Shown piece after piece: positions 1 to 7,445 of a DNA stretch of 43,062 nucleotides (positions within the stretch are counted from its first letter, which is position 1; the number at the start of each line of letters is the position of its first letter). A program made the position numbers and the translations under genes. Origin of the DNA: a virus. The DNA lies in the IMG/VR virus record IMGVR_UViG_3300029692_000015; one strand, 5' to 3'. The notes under the pieces are model-generated. The model was not told the origin of the DNA. It ran no database searches and was given only the letters and a program-made list of their open reading frames with translations.

Positions 1-99
1 TCTTGATTCCGAAAAAACACCTTTTTCTTGATTTTCTCTCGTATCAGCGTAGCAAACCGTGATGAGATACTCCTCAAGCTCACCCTTTTTGTGGCGGGG
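1..99. repeat. Terminal direct repeat, copy 1 (identical to 42964-43062)
   Basis: Read directly: tcttgattccgaaaaaacac...tttgtggcgggg is present at both window ends, 99/99 identical. This implies a circular or terminally redundant unit of 42,963 bp. Confidence 0.95.
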
Positions 100-246
100 A
101 GGAAGCCCTTCTTTTTTGACTTCGTGCCATATAATTTGATTGCAAGCTTTTTCAGTTGCCTTAACAAATTTCTTCAAAAGATCTTTTGCTTCATCGGTGA
201 AGTCAACGTCAACCCTTCCTTCAACCGGGATTTTAAGGTTTTCCAC
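1..246 (-). CDS. Hypothetical protein, 5' part (82 codons) of a gene that wraps across the window ends (continues 42963 down to 42823)
   Basis: GTG at 246-244 is preceded by GGAGGACGAAGAAG. The frame is open to base 1 and, joined to 42963, runs 46 more codons to TGA at 42825-42823 (128 aa, MENLKIPVEGRVDV...AVEFSEW). Lies between the portal and the Mu-F-like gene. Confidence 0.5.
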   Translation of the reverse strand, partial: MENLKIPVEGRVDVDFTDEAKDLLKKFVKATEKACNQIIWHEVKKEGLPPRHKKGELEEYLITVCYADTRENQEKGVFSESR

Positions 247-1615
247 CTTCTTCGTCCTCCTCGTCCTCGTCTGTGGTCTCCCGCGTTGCGCTCTCTGCCA
301 TCAGCGCAGCCTTTGCCTGCTCTTTCTGCTCCTGCGTCAGGTTGGGCAGCAGTTCTATTGCCATCTCGTTGCCGATGATGGTCGCTTCCGCAAGTGCCAT
401 ATCCACCTGCTCTTTGGTGTTGGAGATGCGCACATGGGTGTACTGCGGCTTTGCGTCCGGCAGCCCGGCGATCTTAAGCACCTGACGCACAAACTTTGTG
501 ATTTGCTGTTCAAAGTCCCTGGCGTTCTCGTCCAGCGGCTGATAGGCGGCTTCCAGATGGTCGTTGGTGCTGTCTGCGCTCACGCAATGCACGTCCAGAC
601 CTCCGAAATCCTCATACAGGGAACTGTGCAGCCGCTGCAAAAGGGTCTCCCGCGCCTGTGTGGGGATCTCCTGCGTGTAGGGTTGTACGCTGCCGCCGTT
701 GTCCCCGGCGTTGTCTACATTTGCGGCGTGGTTGAACCGCAGCCGCTGCATGAACTTGCGCAGGTCAGCATCGTTCATGCCGCCGTAGTTGGAGATAAGC
801 CAATAGACCTGCGCACATTCGCGCAGATCATCGCAAAAGCCGTTGACGATCAGGTCAATGTTGTCGATATAACCCTTGAGGTTGACCAGTGTGCTTTGTT
901 TGGCGCTACTGCCCCACAACGGCACAATGGGCAGCGTTCCGTATCCCTCGCCCTCTACGATCTCGTCCCCGGCTGGGGTGGTGGTCGTGGTGGTCTTGTA
1001 GGGCTGCTGCTCGCCGTCCTGATGCAACAGGCGCTCGCCCTTGCTGTCCTCGGTGTAGCGGGTGTAGCCGCTCTCCTCATACAGTACAGCGTGCATGGGC
1101 TTGTCTGGCTGCAAGCGCCAGAACCGGATCCCAGCCCGCAGGGTGCCATCTTGCTCATCGTACAGGGGCGCAAACTCGGTCAGTTTGAACACGTCCAGAT
1201 GGTCGTTGTTCCAAAAGCCAAAGCTTTCCCCGTGGATGCAGGCAAGGTAGCCCAGCCGGTAAAGCTGCTCGTCAAAGCTTTCGCCCAGCTTCGCCTTTAC
1301 CTCGTCCGCATCCGGCAGGGTGATGCCGTTTGCAAGGCTGTATGCCACGCGCTGCACGTTGAGCCTGTGGAAGGAGTTGCTTTTCACGGTCTCCGGGCGG
1401 GCTCTCTTGGTGATGCCGTTCAGCTTGTAATCGATATCAGCAAGCGCGTCCAGAAAATCGTCTACGCCGGTGTTCAGCTGCTTATCGTACTTATCAGCCT
1501 TTTCAGCGGTACGCACCGGGGCGCTTGTGACGTGCTCGGCAATAAAGCTTTGCACAAAAGCGGTTTTGGCTGCGGGGTCGTTCTGCACCGCTTCAAGGTC
1601 TTGGTATGTTCTCAC
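233..1615 (-). CDS. Portal protein (SPP1 gp6-like)
   Basis: 460-aa ORF immediately downstream of the terminase large subunit, with an acidic C-terminal tail (TTDEDEEDEEGG). Size and terL-portal-MuF gene order are typical of SPP1-like head modules. Confidence 0.8.
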   Translation of the reverse strand: MRTYQDLEAVQNDPAAKTAFVQSFIAEHVTSAPVRTAEKADKYDKQLNTGVDDFLDALADIDYKLNGITKRARPETVKSNSFHRLNVQRVAYSLANGITLPDADEVKAKLGESFDEQLYRLGYLACIHGESFGFWNNDHLDVFKLTEFAPLYDEQDGTLRAGIRFWRLQPDKPMHAVLYEESGYTRYTEDSKGERLLHQDGEQQPYKTTTTTTPAGDEIVEGEGYGTLPIVPLWGSSAKQSTLVNLKGYIDNIDLIVNGFCDDLRECAQVYWLISNYGGMNDADLRKFMQRLRFNHAANVDNAGDNGGSVQPYTQEIPTQARETLLQRLHSSLYEDFGGLDVHCVSADSTNDHLEAAYQPLDENARDFEQQITKFVRQVLKIAGLPDAKPQYTHVRISNTKEQVDMALAEATIIGNEMAIELLPNLTQEQKEQAKAALMAESATRETTDEDEEDEEGGKP

Positions 1616-1627
1616 TTGCTTTGCTCC

Positions 1628-3193
1628 TTATTTTCCGGGCTTGTGCCACACAAGTTCCATGGCGTATCGTGTAGCGTCTATGTGGTGGTTATCGTGGTCG
1701 GGGTAGCCTGGCAGTGGATCGCCGTTCTTGTCCGCGTCATACTCGTACTCGGTAAACTCTTTAAGGGTGTCCGGGCATCGCACCGGGTCTATCACGATGG
1801 CGGTCAGGCTTTGCAGCCACTTCACGCCTTGCCCCACGCTGTTGGGGCCTTTTATAGCGGGCAGGCACTTGATGCCCCATGCGGTAAAGTCGGTGCAACT
1901 TTTGTTTTCCGCGCTGTCTGCGGTCAGTCGCTCGCTCTCCGGGTGCTCCATAACGTGCCGGTCTTGCAGCATCTTGAACGTATCCTCGTTTCGTGTGCGC
2001 CGCACGGTGATCTCGTCATAGATATACAGGGTCTTGCGGGCTGCGTCGTAACTCATGCAGTTATAGGCAAAGGGGTCAGGATACCAGCCCCAGTCAATGC
2101 CGTGATACTTGCGCTCAAACCTTGCGGGGTCTATCTTTTCTGCCCGGATGTTGGTAAAAACTTCCTTGCCGCAGCCGGTCACCTCGCCCAGGTATTCGTG
2201 CTTATAGGCGATCAGGTTGTTTTCCTTCAGGGCTTCTGCTCCCTGTAAGAAAAACGCTCCAAGCCACTCTTCCGGCACATCCAGATAGCAGGAATTGTGA
2301 ACAACGGTGTCTTCGTGTTGTTCCAGCACAAAGCGGTTCATCCAGTTGCGGGCAGCCGCCGGGGGGTTGTAACTCATGAACTCGTAGGCATCTCCTCCGC
2401 GCAGTGCGGACTGCCGGACGCTGCGCAGTTGTTCTGCGCCGTCCATCTGATCTGCTTCCTCTACCCATAGAATGCCGATTGCACCAAAAGGCGGCTTGAT
2501 GGACTTGATTTTGGTCTCGTCGTCCAGTCCTCGGAAGTAGATGATCTGCCCGGTCACGTTGTCTGTGATCTCCATAGGCGATACCTTGCAGTTGTATCGG
2601 TTGTCTTGCCGCAGTTCGTGTATTGCCCATTTGATCTGTGCATATACGCTGTCACGCATGGTGCCGCCGACTTTGCGGCAGACACAAGCGTGCATCTCTG
2701 GATTGCAACGCAAAATCTCGATGATTTTTAGGCTGATGTAGGAGGATTTTGTAGAACCACGTCCGCCCTTGAATATGTAGGAGCGGTTGGGCTCTATGTG
2801 GCGGTTCAGGTCAACAAACGCTTTGCCAATGCACCGGGCGGGCAACTCAAAGCTGCTTTCCCCGGCGGCGCTGCTGGCTTCTGTCCATTCCTCCCACTTC
2901 TCTACGGCTTTCATATCGCCGCTGGCGGCTGCCATGTAAACACCGGCAGAGATCAGCGCGTTGTTGGTCACGCCCTCTGCCGTATCCACGCCCAGCGTCT
3001 CAAGCTGCTTGAGATTTTTCTTGTTGGTGATGGGTGCTGCGGCGATCTGCGATGCAATGGAGGATAGGGTCTTTGCCTGCCGTTTTGCCACGCCGCTTGC
3101 AATGCCGCCTTTTTTTGCGGTTTGTGCCTGTTTACCGCCTGCTTTAAACTGCGTGGCACGTCCCGCCTCCGGGTCTATCTTACGCCGTGCCAT
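1628..3193 (-). CDS. terL: Terminase large subunit (PBSX/Terminase_3-like) with ~100-aa basic N-terminal extension
   Basis: 521-aa ORF with RBS GAGAGGAG upstream and a Walker-A-like KGGRGSTKSS around residues 142-151. Followed by the portal gene. Confidence 0.85.
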   Translation of the reverse strand: MARRKIDPEAGRATQFKAGGKQAQTAKKGGIASGVAKRQAKTLSSIASQIAAAPITNKKNLKQLETLGVDTAEGVTNNALISAGVYMAAASGDMKAVEKWEEWTEASSAAGESSFELPARCIGKAFVDLNRHIEPNRSYIFKGGRGSTKSSYISLKIIEILRCNPEMHACVCRKVGGTMRDSVYAQIKWAIHELRQDNRYNCKVSPMEITDNVTGQIIYFRGLDDETKIKSIKPPFGAIGILWVEEADQMDGAEQLRSVRQSALRGGDAYEFMSYNPPAAARNWMNRFVLEQHEDTVVHNSCYLDVPEEWLGAFFLQGAEALKENNLIAYKHEYLGEVTGCGKEVFTNIRAEKIDPARFERKYHGIDWGWYPDPFAYNCMSYDAARKTLYIYDEITVRRTRNEDTFKMLQDRHVMEHPESERLTADSAENKSCTDFTAWGIKCLPAIKGPNSVGQGVKWLQSLTAIVIDPVRCPDTLKEFTEYEYDADKNGDPLPGYPDHDNHHIDATRYAMELVWHKPGK

Positions 3194-3205
3194 GCCTTAC
3201 TCCTC

Positions 3206-3376
3206 TCAGAACTCCAGATCACGTGTACCGGGCTTTGCGTAGCGCTTGCCCTTGCCGGTACGCCTGTTATACAGCCGGATATCCCGGCGGTTTGCAACAT
3301 ACAGCTTGCACCTGTCTTTGGCTCGGCCGTATGACCCGCCGCCGTTCCAGCCGGTGCTTGCACTAAGTTCAGACAT
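3206..3376 (-). CDS. Small basic hypothetical protein (56 aa)
   Basis: ATG at 3376-3374, stop at 3208-3206 (MSELSASTGWNGGGSYGRAKDRCKLYVANRRDIRLYNRRTGKGKRYAKPGTRDLEF). Fills the gap before terL, is below the ORF-track length cutoff and has a weak RBS. Confidence 0.3.
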   Translation of the reverse strand: MSELSASTGWNGGGSYGRAKDRCKLYVANRRDIRLYNRRTGKGKRYAKPGTRDLEF

Positions 3377-3386
3377 AAATTAGCCC

Positions 3387-3623
3387 TCACTTCTTCAAAT
3401 ATTTCTTGTACCTTTTGACCTCAGATTCTGGCGCCAAGAAAGATTTCCGCTTTCCGCCAAATCTACTGGCTCCGTTTGTCAGCCATTGGTATCCGTTTTT
3501 TGCGGTTTGCGATGTGCTGTCGATTTTGAAATTTCCGCTTTTGAACATTTCTCTCCGCTCTTTTGCCGAGTAGTGCGTTGAACCAGTTACAGACCAATCA
3601 CTGCCTCCCGCTCCTCTAGCCAT
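3387..3623 (-). CDS. Hypothetical protein (78 aa, basic)
   Basis: ORF-track entry whose start overlaps the stop of the upstream PLD-like gene. No recognisable motif. Confidence 0.5.
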   Translation of the reverse strand: MARGAGGSDWSVTGSTHYSAKERREMFKSGNFKIDSTSQTAKNGYQWLTNGASRFGGKRKSFLAPESEVKRYKKYLKK

Positions 3624-4344
3624 CCGTCATGCCCTCCTCTACGGCTTCAAAAGCCTTTTTGCCGGTATTGTTGGTGTTGTTTTCAAAAATCGTCTTGCCG
3701 CTGTATCCGCGCAGGATGCAGAACTTTTTCATGATGCCGTTCAACAGCGTCTTGATCTTGCGGAAAAGCTTGTCGTCATGGAACATCATGATCTGCTCCA
3801 CGTTGTTGGAGCTGGACAGATTTGCGCTGCCCATGATGATCAGATTGCCCTTGTCGCTCTCGATCAGGCAAATCTTGCAATGCGATGCCAGCACCGCCAC
3901 GTTGATATGCTGCCCGGTAAACTGGGAGATCATGTAGGGCACCAGCTTTGCCCGCTCCATTGCTACAAAGTAATTGGACACGATCAGGTTCAGGTGCTCG
4001 CAGCCCAGATACCCGACAATGTTGACGATGCTGTCTATGTTCTCCCGGCTCATGCCCAGCGTGGTGATGTAGACCCGGTGCGGTAGCAGTTCTTTTTTGT
4101 AGACCAGCGCCTCGATGAAGTCTCCAAAAATAAAGCGCCCACTCAGGAGCGCAAAATAATCCTTGTCGTAGTCCACCGCGTCCGCTGCCGCTTCTGCGTT
4201 GTCCCATGTGACAGGGGAGAGGTTCAGCTTCGCAGCGCGGATAAACTCTTTCTCAGCCTTTTCTTCATCGCCGCCCCAGTCGCCCAGTGCATCAAGGTTC
4301 AGGTCGAGGGAAGAAAAATCCATCGCTTTCTTTTTTCGTGCCAT
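3616..4344 (-). CDS. PLD-superfamily (single HKD motif) protein, putative nuclease
   Basis: Motif SHCKICLIESDKGNLIIMGSANLSSS matches HxK(x)4[D/E]...GSxN. Likely start is MARKKK at 4344 after AGGTGAGCGG. Located upstream of terL. Confidence 0.6.
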   Translation of the reverse strand: MARKKKAMDFSSLDLNLDALGDWGGDEEKAEKEFIRAAKLNLSPVTWDNAEAAADAVDYDKDYFALLSGRFIFGDFIEALVYKKELLPHRVYITTLGMSRENIDSIVNIVGYLGCEHLNLIVSNYFVAMERAKLVPYMISQFTGQHINVAVLASHCKICLIESDKGNLIIMGSANLSSSNNVEQIMMFHDDKLFRKIKTLLNGIMKKFCILRGYSGKTIFENNTNNTGKKAFEAVEEGMTDG

Positions 4345-4528
4345 CCGCTCACCTACCTGCAAAATAAAAACCGCCCGGAAATCCGAACGGTCAGAATATC
4401 AAAATAAGCAGCGCTCCCGGTATACATTCAGTTTTTCGGACAACGCAAACGGTGGAGCGCCGCTGCATCCGGTACTTTCGCGGCCAGATGCCCCGCTATC
4501 TGCGCAGCCCCCTCACAGGGTACGCAGC

Positions 4529-4604
4529 TGGCATTCCCGGCAGGGCTCAAACCTGCAGCCTGCGGTTTTGGAGACCGCTGTTCCATCACTTGAACTACGG
4601 GAAT
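4529..4604 (-). tRNA. tRNA-Trp (anticodon CCA), CCA end encoded
   Basis: Hand-folded 76-nt cloverleaf: acceptor ATTCCCG/CGGGAAT, D arm GTTC-AAGTGATG-GAAC, anticodon arm GCGGT-CTCCAAA-ACCGC, T arm GCAGG-TTTGAGC-CCTGC, then G-CCA. The T-loop has T instead of C at position 56. Confidence 0.8.
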
Positions 4605-4610
4605 ATAAAA

Positions 4611-4679
4611 AGCCGCCCTTGGAATCGAACCAGCCGTGTCTACACACACGCGCCGCGCTCCAAACTGCGCTCAGGCGGC
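4611..4679 (-). pseudogene. Degenerate tRNA-like sequence (non-canonical anticodon arm and weak T stem)
   Basis: Acceptor GCCGCCT/GGGCGGC, D arm GCGC-AGTTTGGA-GCGC and T loop TTCGATT are present. The T stem has only 3 pairs. The anticodon-position hairpin is CGTGT-GTGTAG-ACACG (6-nt loop, or 4-bp stem with 8-nt loop), with 4 nt instead of 1 after the D arm. Confidence 0.4.
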
Positions 4680-4684
4680 ATATA

Positions 4685-4718
4685 GCAAAAGAAAAACCAG
4701 CACGTTTCCATGCTGGTT
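4685..4718 (-). terminator. Rho-independent terminator
   Basis: 8-bp stem AACCAGCA/TGCTGGTT (4695-4702 / 4711-4718) with an 8-nt loop, followed on the minus strand by TTTTTCTTTTGC. Confidence 0.75.
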
Positions 4719-4896
4719 CTGTTGACGCACATCCTGCCGGGGGAATTATGGAAACCGGTGTACGGATTATGTGGCCTCCGGTGCGTGCGGAGGTTGTGAG
4801 GACAGGTAAGGATACCCTGCCGCTCTACACGCAGCCACAATCGGGATGTCAGCCCATGCGTCAGGTGGTCGCTGCTTCGGGAGAGCAGCGTGTCGG

Positions 4897-5034
4897 AGCC
4901 GTTAACCGGATTCGAACCGGCACCATCAAGTCTGTTATGTGCGCATTGGTTAAGTGCGCAGTGATGTCCGAGATGTGTCACCAGCGTTGTCCCGCCTTAA
5001 ATGGGCGGCGCTCTGCCAATTGAGCTATAACGGC
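4897..5034 (-). ncRNA. Atypical 138-nt tRNA-like RNA with a 70-nt insertion between anticodon arm and T arm
   Basis: Canonical parts: acceptor GCCGTTA/TAACGGC, D arm GCTC-AATTGGCA-GAGC, anticodon arm CCGCC-CATTTAA-GGCGG (A where U33 is expected), T arm GCCGG-TTCGAAT-CCGGT. The 70 nt between them contain a TGCGCA-CTTAACCAA-TGCGCA hairpin. No encoded CCA. Confidence 0.5.
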
Positions 5035-5164
5035 ATAGAAGCAGCCCGCGAAACGAGAGGAAGAAAAATGCCGGTCAAGCCTTGGGAGGAAAGCATTTTG
5101 GGGGATTCGTTTCGGAGACTGCGTGGCAAGCGTCTTATCGCTTTCGGCGATTCCGCTTATACCA

Positions 5165-5173
5165 ATTTTAGCA
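5165..5173 (-). promoter_or_regulatory. Candidate extended -10 promoter (TGcTAAAAT) for the tRNA-like RNA unit
   Basis: The minus strand reads cattgTGcTAAAATtgg about 130 nt upstream of the tRNA-like 5' end. No good -35 element. Confidence 0.35.
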
Positions 5174-5224
5174 CAATGCCTGTTTTAGTTGGATATTTGC
5201 AGTATGAAGGTGCATTGCAAAAAA

Positions 5225-5746
5225 TCAGGGCGGGTTTTGTGCGGTTTGTGCAACATTGCCGAAGTTGTCCCAAATCTCTGCCAGATAGATGCTGCCCCAC
5301 TTGATGTAGATGGAAACCTGGTTTTCTTCCGAAAGCCCCAGCTCCTCGCAGACCTCGCGCTGCTTTTTGTTCTTGACGTAGTACAGGCACAGGCAGTCAG
5401 CCTGTTTTTTGCTGGATTTGCTTGCCGTGATACAGTACGCTCGCCGGGTGGCCTCAATGCGCAGCAGGAAAAGGTCTGTTTCCATCTGCTGCAGACGTCG
5501 CTGCTCGTCCGTGATATCCGTTGCAGCAAGCCCGACCTTGTCACCGGCACCACCGCCGCCGGGCATCCCGTTCAGGCTTGGGGTGGTCTTTTCGGCAACT
5601 TCTCGGATGCGCTGGATCTTCTGTTTTTGGGCTTCAACCGCCGCAGCCATATCCCGGCACTGCTGGAACCACGCCTTTACTTCGTGGTAGTCCACGCCGG
5701 CGCTCGGCTTTGGCTGCTCGCTTTCAGGTGTCCATGTGCGGGTCAT
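5225..5746 (-). CDS. Putative late-gene transcriptional regulator (sigma-70 region-4-like HTH; ArpU/RinA/DUF1492-like position)
   Basis: 173-aa ORF. The C-terminal segment ADCLCLYYVKNKKQREVCEELGLSEENQVSIYIKWG resembles a region-4 HTH. Located upstream of the packaging genes. Confidence 0.5.
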   Translation of the reverse strand: MTRTWTPESEQPKPSAGVDYHEVKAWFQQCRDMAAAVEAQKQKIQRIREVAEKTTPSLNGMPGGGGAGDKVGLAATDITDEQRRLQQMETDLFLLRIEATRRAYCITASKSSKKQADCLCLYYVKNKKQREVCEELGLSEENQVSIYIKWGSIYLAEIWDNFGNVAQTAQNPP

Positions 5747-5990
5747 TGTCTCCCTCCTCTATTTCCCATCCGATAAGATCGCAGACGCAAAATCTTGTCT
5801 TTTCGCACCAGTGAATGACAAACCGCTCCGGTAAAGATGATTTTGGGATAGCGGTAGTCGATTGAAGATTGCAAGAATCATCTTTCATATCTTTGATTGC
5901 CCAAGCAACAGATCTTGTGACGCTTGTCTTTTCCTTGATTTCCGCTCCGCAGCATCTGCACTTGAAAACGCCTGTCATTGTTTCATCCAT
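5724..5990 (-). CDS. Hypothetical Cys-containing small protein
   Basis: Likely start is MDETMTGVFKCRCCG at 5990, overlapping the RusA stop by 8 nt. The longer track ORF N-terminus overlaps rusA. Confidence 0.5.
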   Translation of the reverse strand: MDETMTGVFKCRCCGAEIKEKTSVTRSVAWAIKDMKDDSCNLQSTTAIPKSSLPERFVIHWCEKTRFCVCDLIGWEIEEGDNDPHMDT

Positions 5991-6387
5991 TTTTATCCTC
6001 CATTTCCTCAATCCAGATCTCCACTCTGGGGTTTTGCTTGTCGTAGTCCACCCGGCTGCCATCGTGGGCGGCAACGATGCGGCTATTGTCGTCTGCCAGC
6101 ACACCGGCTGTTACCAGTATGTCGCAGGTGGCTTCAATCAGGTTTGCAAGGTCAACCTTGCGCCGGGTAGCCATGTAGTACACGCACCGCACGTTCACGC
6201 GGGCAGAGATAGGCTCAGGCGGGGCGCGAATCTGCCATAGGCAACCGGTCTGGTATTCCTCAAACGCCGCGCTTGGGGCTACAAAGCGCCGTCCTCCGCG
6301 CCCTTGCAGGATGCGTGCACTGTTTTTCTTTGTGCGGGGGTCACCGTAAAGGGTTATTTTCAATCCATTGCCTCCCATCAATTTCAT
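5983..6387 (-). CDS. rusA: RusA-family Holliday junction resolvase
   Basis: ITLYGDPRTKKNS...DLANLIEATCDILVTAGVLADDNSRIVAAHDGSRVDYDKQNPRVEIWIEE is RusA-like. Start MKLMGG at 6387 follows GGAGGAATAATCAAA. Confidence 0.8.
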   Translation of the reverse strand: MKLMGGNGLKITLYGDPRTKKNSARILQGRGGRRFVAPSAAFEEYQTGCLWQIRAPPEPISARVNVRCVYYMATRRKVDLANLIEATCDILVTAGVLADDNSRIVAAHDGSRVDYDKQNPRVEIWIEEMEDKNG

Positions 6388-6392
6388 TTTGA

Positions 6393-6719
6393 TTATTCCT
6401 CCATCTTTGCGCCACAGTAGGGGCAAAACTTAAACCCATTGTCCTTCGGCGTGCCATCATACATGATGGAAGAATCTTTGCAACGAGAACACGTCCAAAC
6501 AACAGGGTCTCCATCATAGTCTTCCTCGCAGACCCAATGTGCCACCGGCTGCAGCGCTTCCGGGTCGATAGTTGGTGCAGCGTCGATTGCGTCCAGCACC
6601 TCATCATATGCAAATCTCTCAACAGAATCGGCAAACGAAATAGAGTTGTCAGCCGAATCTGCCCACTTTTCGATTTTCTGACGTAGGGCGTTTGCATCAA
6701 TCAACCTTTTATCGCTCAT
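6393..6719 (-). CDS. Hypothetical protein with C-terminal zinc-ribbon-like CxxC...CxxC
   Basis: Start MSDKRLIDANAL at 6719 overlaps the methyltransferase stop. Motif CSRCK...CPYCG near the C-terminus. Confidence 0.6.
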   Translation of the reverse strand: MSDKRLIDANALRQKIEKWADSADNSISFADSVERFAYDEVLDAIDAAPTIDPEALQPVAHWVCEEDYDGDPVVWTCSRCKDSSIMYDGTPKDNGFKFCPYCGAKMEE

Positions 6720-7387
6720 TTTTCTAAGCACTCCGTTTCGCAAATATCAACAATATGTTGGCAAAGCAGTTTAGGTATAACACTTCTCTCTCTACTGTTT
6801 TTCAAGCCCTGTGTTCCTGTTTTGCTCCCTCTAGGGGCTGGAATATGGCACGGATCACCGTTCTTACATATAGGCTTAAACTGCGGATTAGGATGATTTG
6901 TCCAAATATCAGTTGGTTTCATTCGTGTATCGCCGTACTGACAATATGTAACGGTATAGCGCGGCAAAGATTTCATCCAAATCATTTTCCGCATTCCGCC
7001 CCGTGGGTTTTCAATAAAATAAAGTATCGGGTCAAGGTCTTTTATAAGCTGTAAAACGTGCTGATCGACCTTATCACAGAACTTTGCATAATCACTCACT
7101 GGGTCAAGATTCCCTGTGTCCGGGTTTCTTTTCCTGTGGTGACTAATAGCGGCGATGCTGAACGTAGTACAGTCTGGACTTGCCCAAATTACATCTGGGT
7201 GACCGAATTTTGATAAAATATCATTTGCGCTGACGCTCAAAATATCGGCGTAAAGATCAATATTTTCAAAATCCTTGTCCCACTCAACGGAAAACACCTC
7301 ATGCCCCTTCTCTTCAAAGGCCTTTCCGATACTGCGTGTTCCGGCGAAAAGTTCCAGAACTTTTAACTTCTTTTTCTTTCCGTTCAT
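6716..7387 (-). CDS. DNA (cytosine-5) methyltransferase, compact (223 aa)
   Basis: Motif I LELFAGT, motif IV ASPDCTTFS (catalytic PC), motif VI ENPRGG. Sequence is visibly AT-richer than the flanks. Confidence 0.85.
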   Translation of the reverse strand: MNGKKKKLKVLELFAGTRSIGKAFEEKGHEVFSVEWDKDFENIDLYADILSVSANDILSKFGHPDVIWASPDCTTFSIAAISHHRKRNPDTGNLDPVSDYAKFCDKVDQHVLQLIKDLDPILYFIENPRGGMRKMIWMKSLPRYTVTYCQYGDTRMKPTDIWTNHPNPQFKPICKNGDPCHIPAPRGSKTGTQGLKNSRERSVIPKLLCQHIVDICETECLEK

Positions 7388-7445
7388 GCCAATACCTCAA
7401 CGGCGGGAATCTGAATCCCAGTGCATTCGATGTAATGTTTATCGG

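Noticed and set aside
1-99. The terminal repeat as a genuine phage direct terminal repeat or cos end
   Set aside because: The junction falls inside an intact ORF, and an exact 99-nt overlap looks like an assembly overlap. This cannot be excluded without read data, so it is also listed as a finding.
140-2248. 702-aa plus-strand ORF, and similar long plus-strand ORFs at 33480-34790, 34938-36206 and 41757-42836
   Set aside because: They lie antisense to recognisable portal, terminase, tail and head genes. They have low-complexity Ala/Gly/Val/Leu-rich translations, no RBS and no motifs. These are typical shadow ORFs of GC-rich coding DNA.
3175-3390. 71-aa track ORF between terL and the 78-aa ORF
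   Set aside because: It has an Ala/Gly/Thr-rich shadow-like translation and overlaps the terL start. A different-frame 56-aa basic ORF (3206-3376) fits the gap better, though it too is low confidence.
4381-4528. Search for an additional tRNA between the PLD-like gene and tRNA-Trp
   Set aside because: No T-loop (GTTCRANYC) or matching acceptor halves could be folded. It was left unannotated.
4199-5023. 274-aa plus-strand ORF and other ORFs over 4428-4981
   Set aside because: They cover the tRNA and tRNA-like genes and a terminator, and no RBS is present. The region is better explained as RNA genes.
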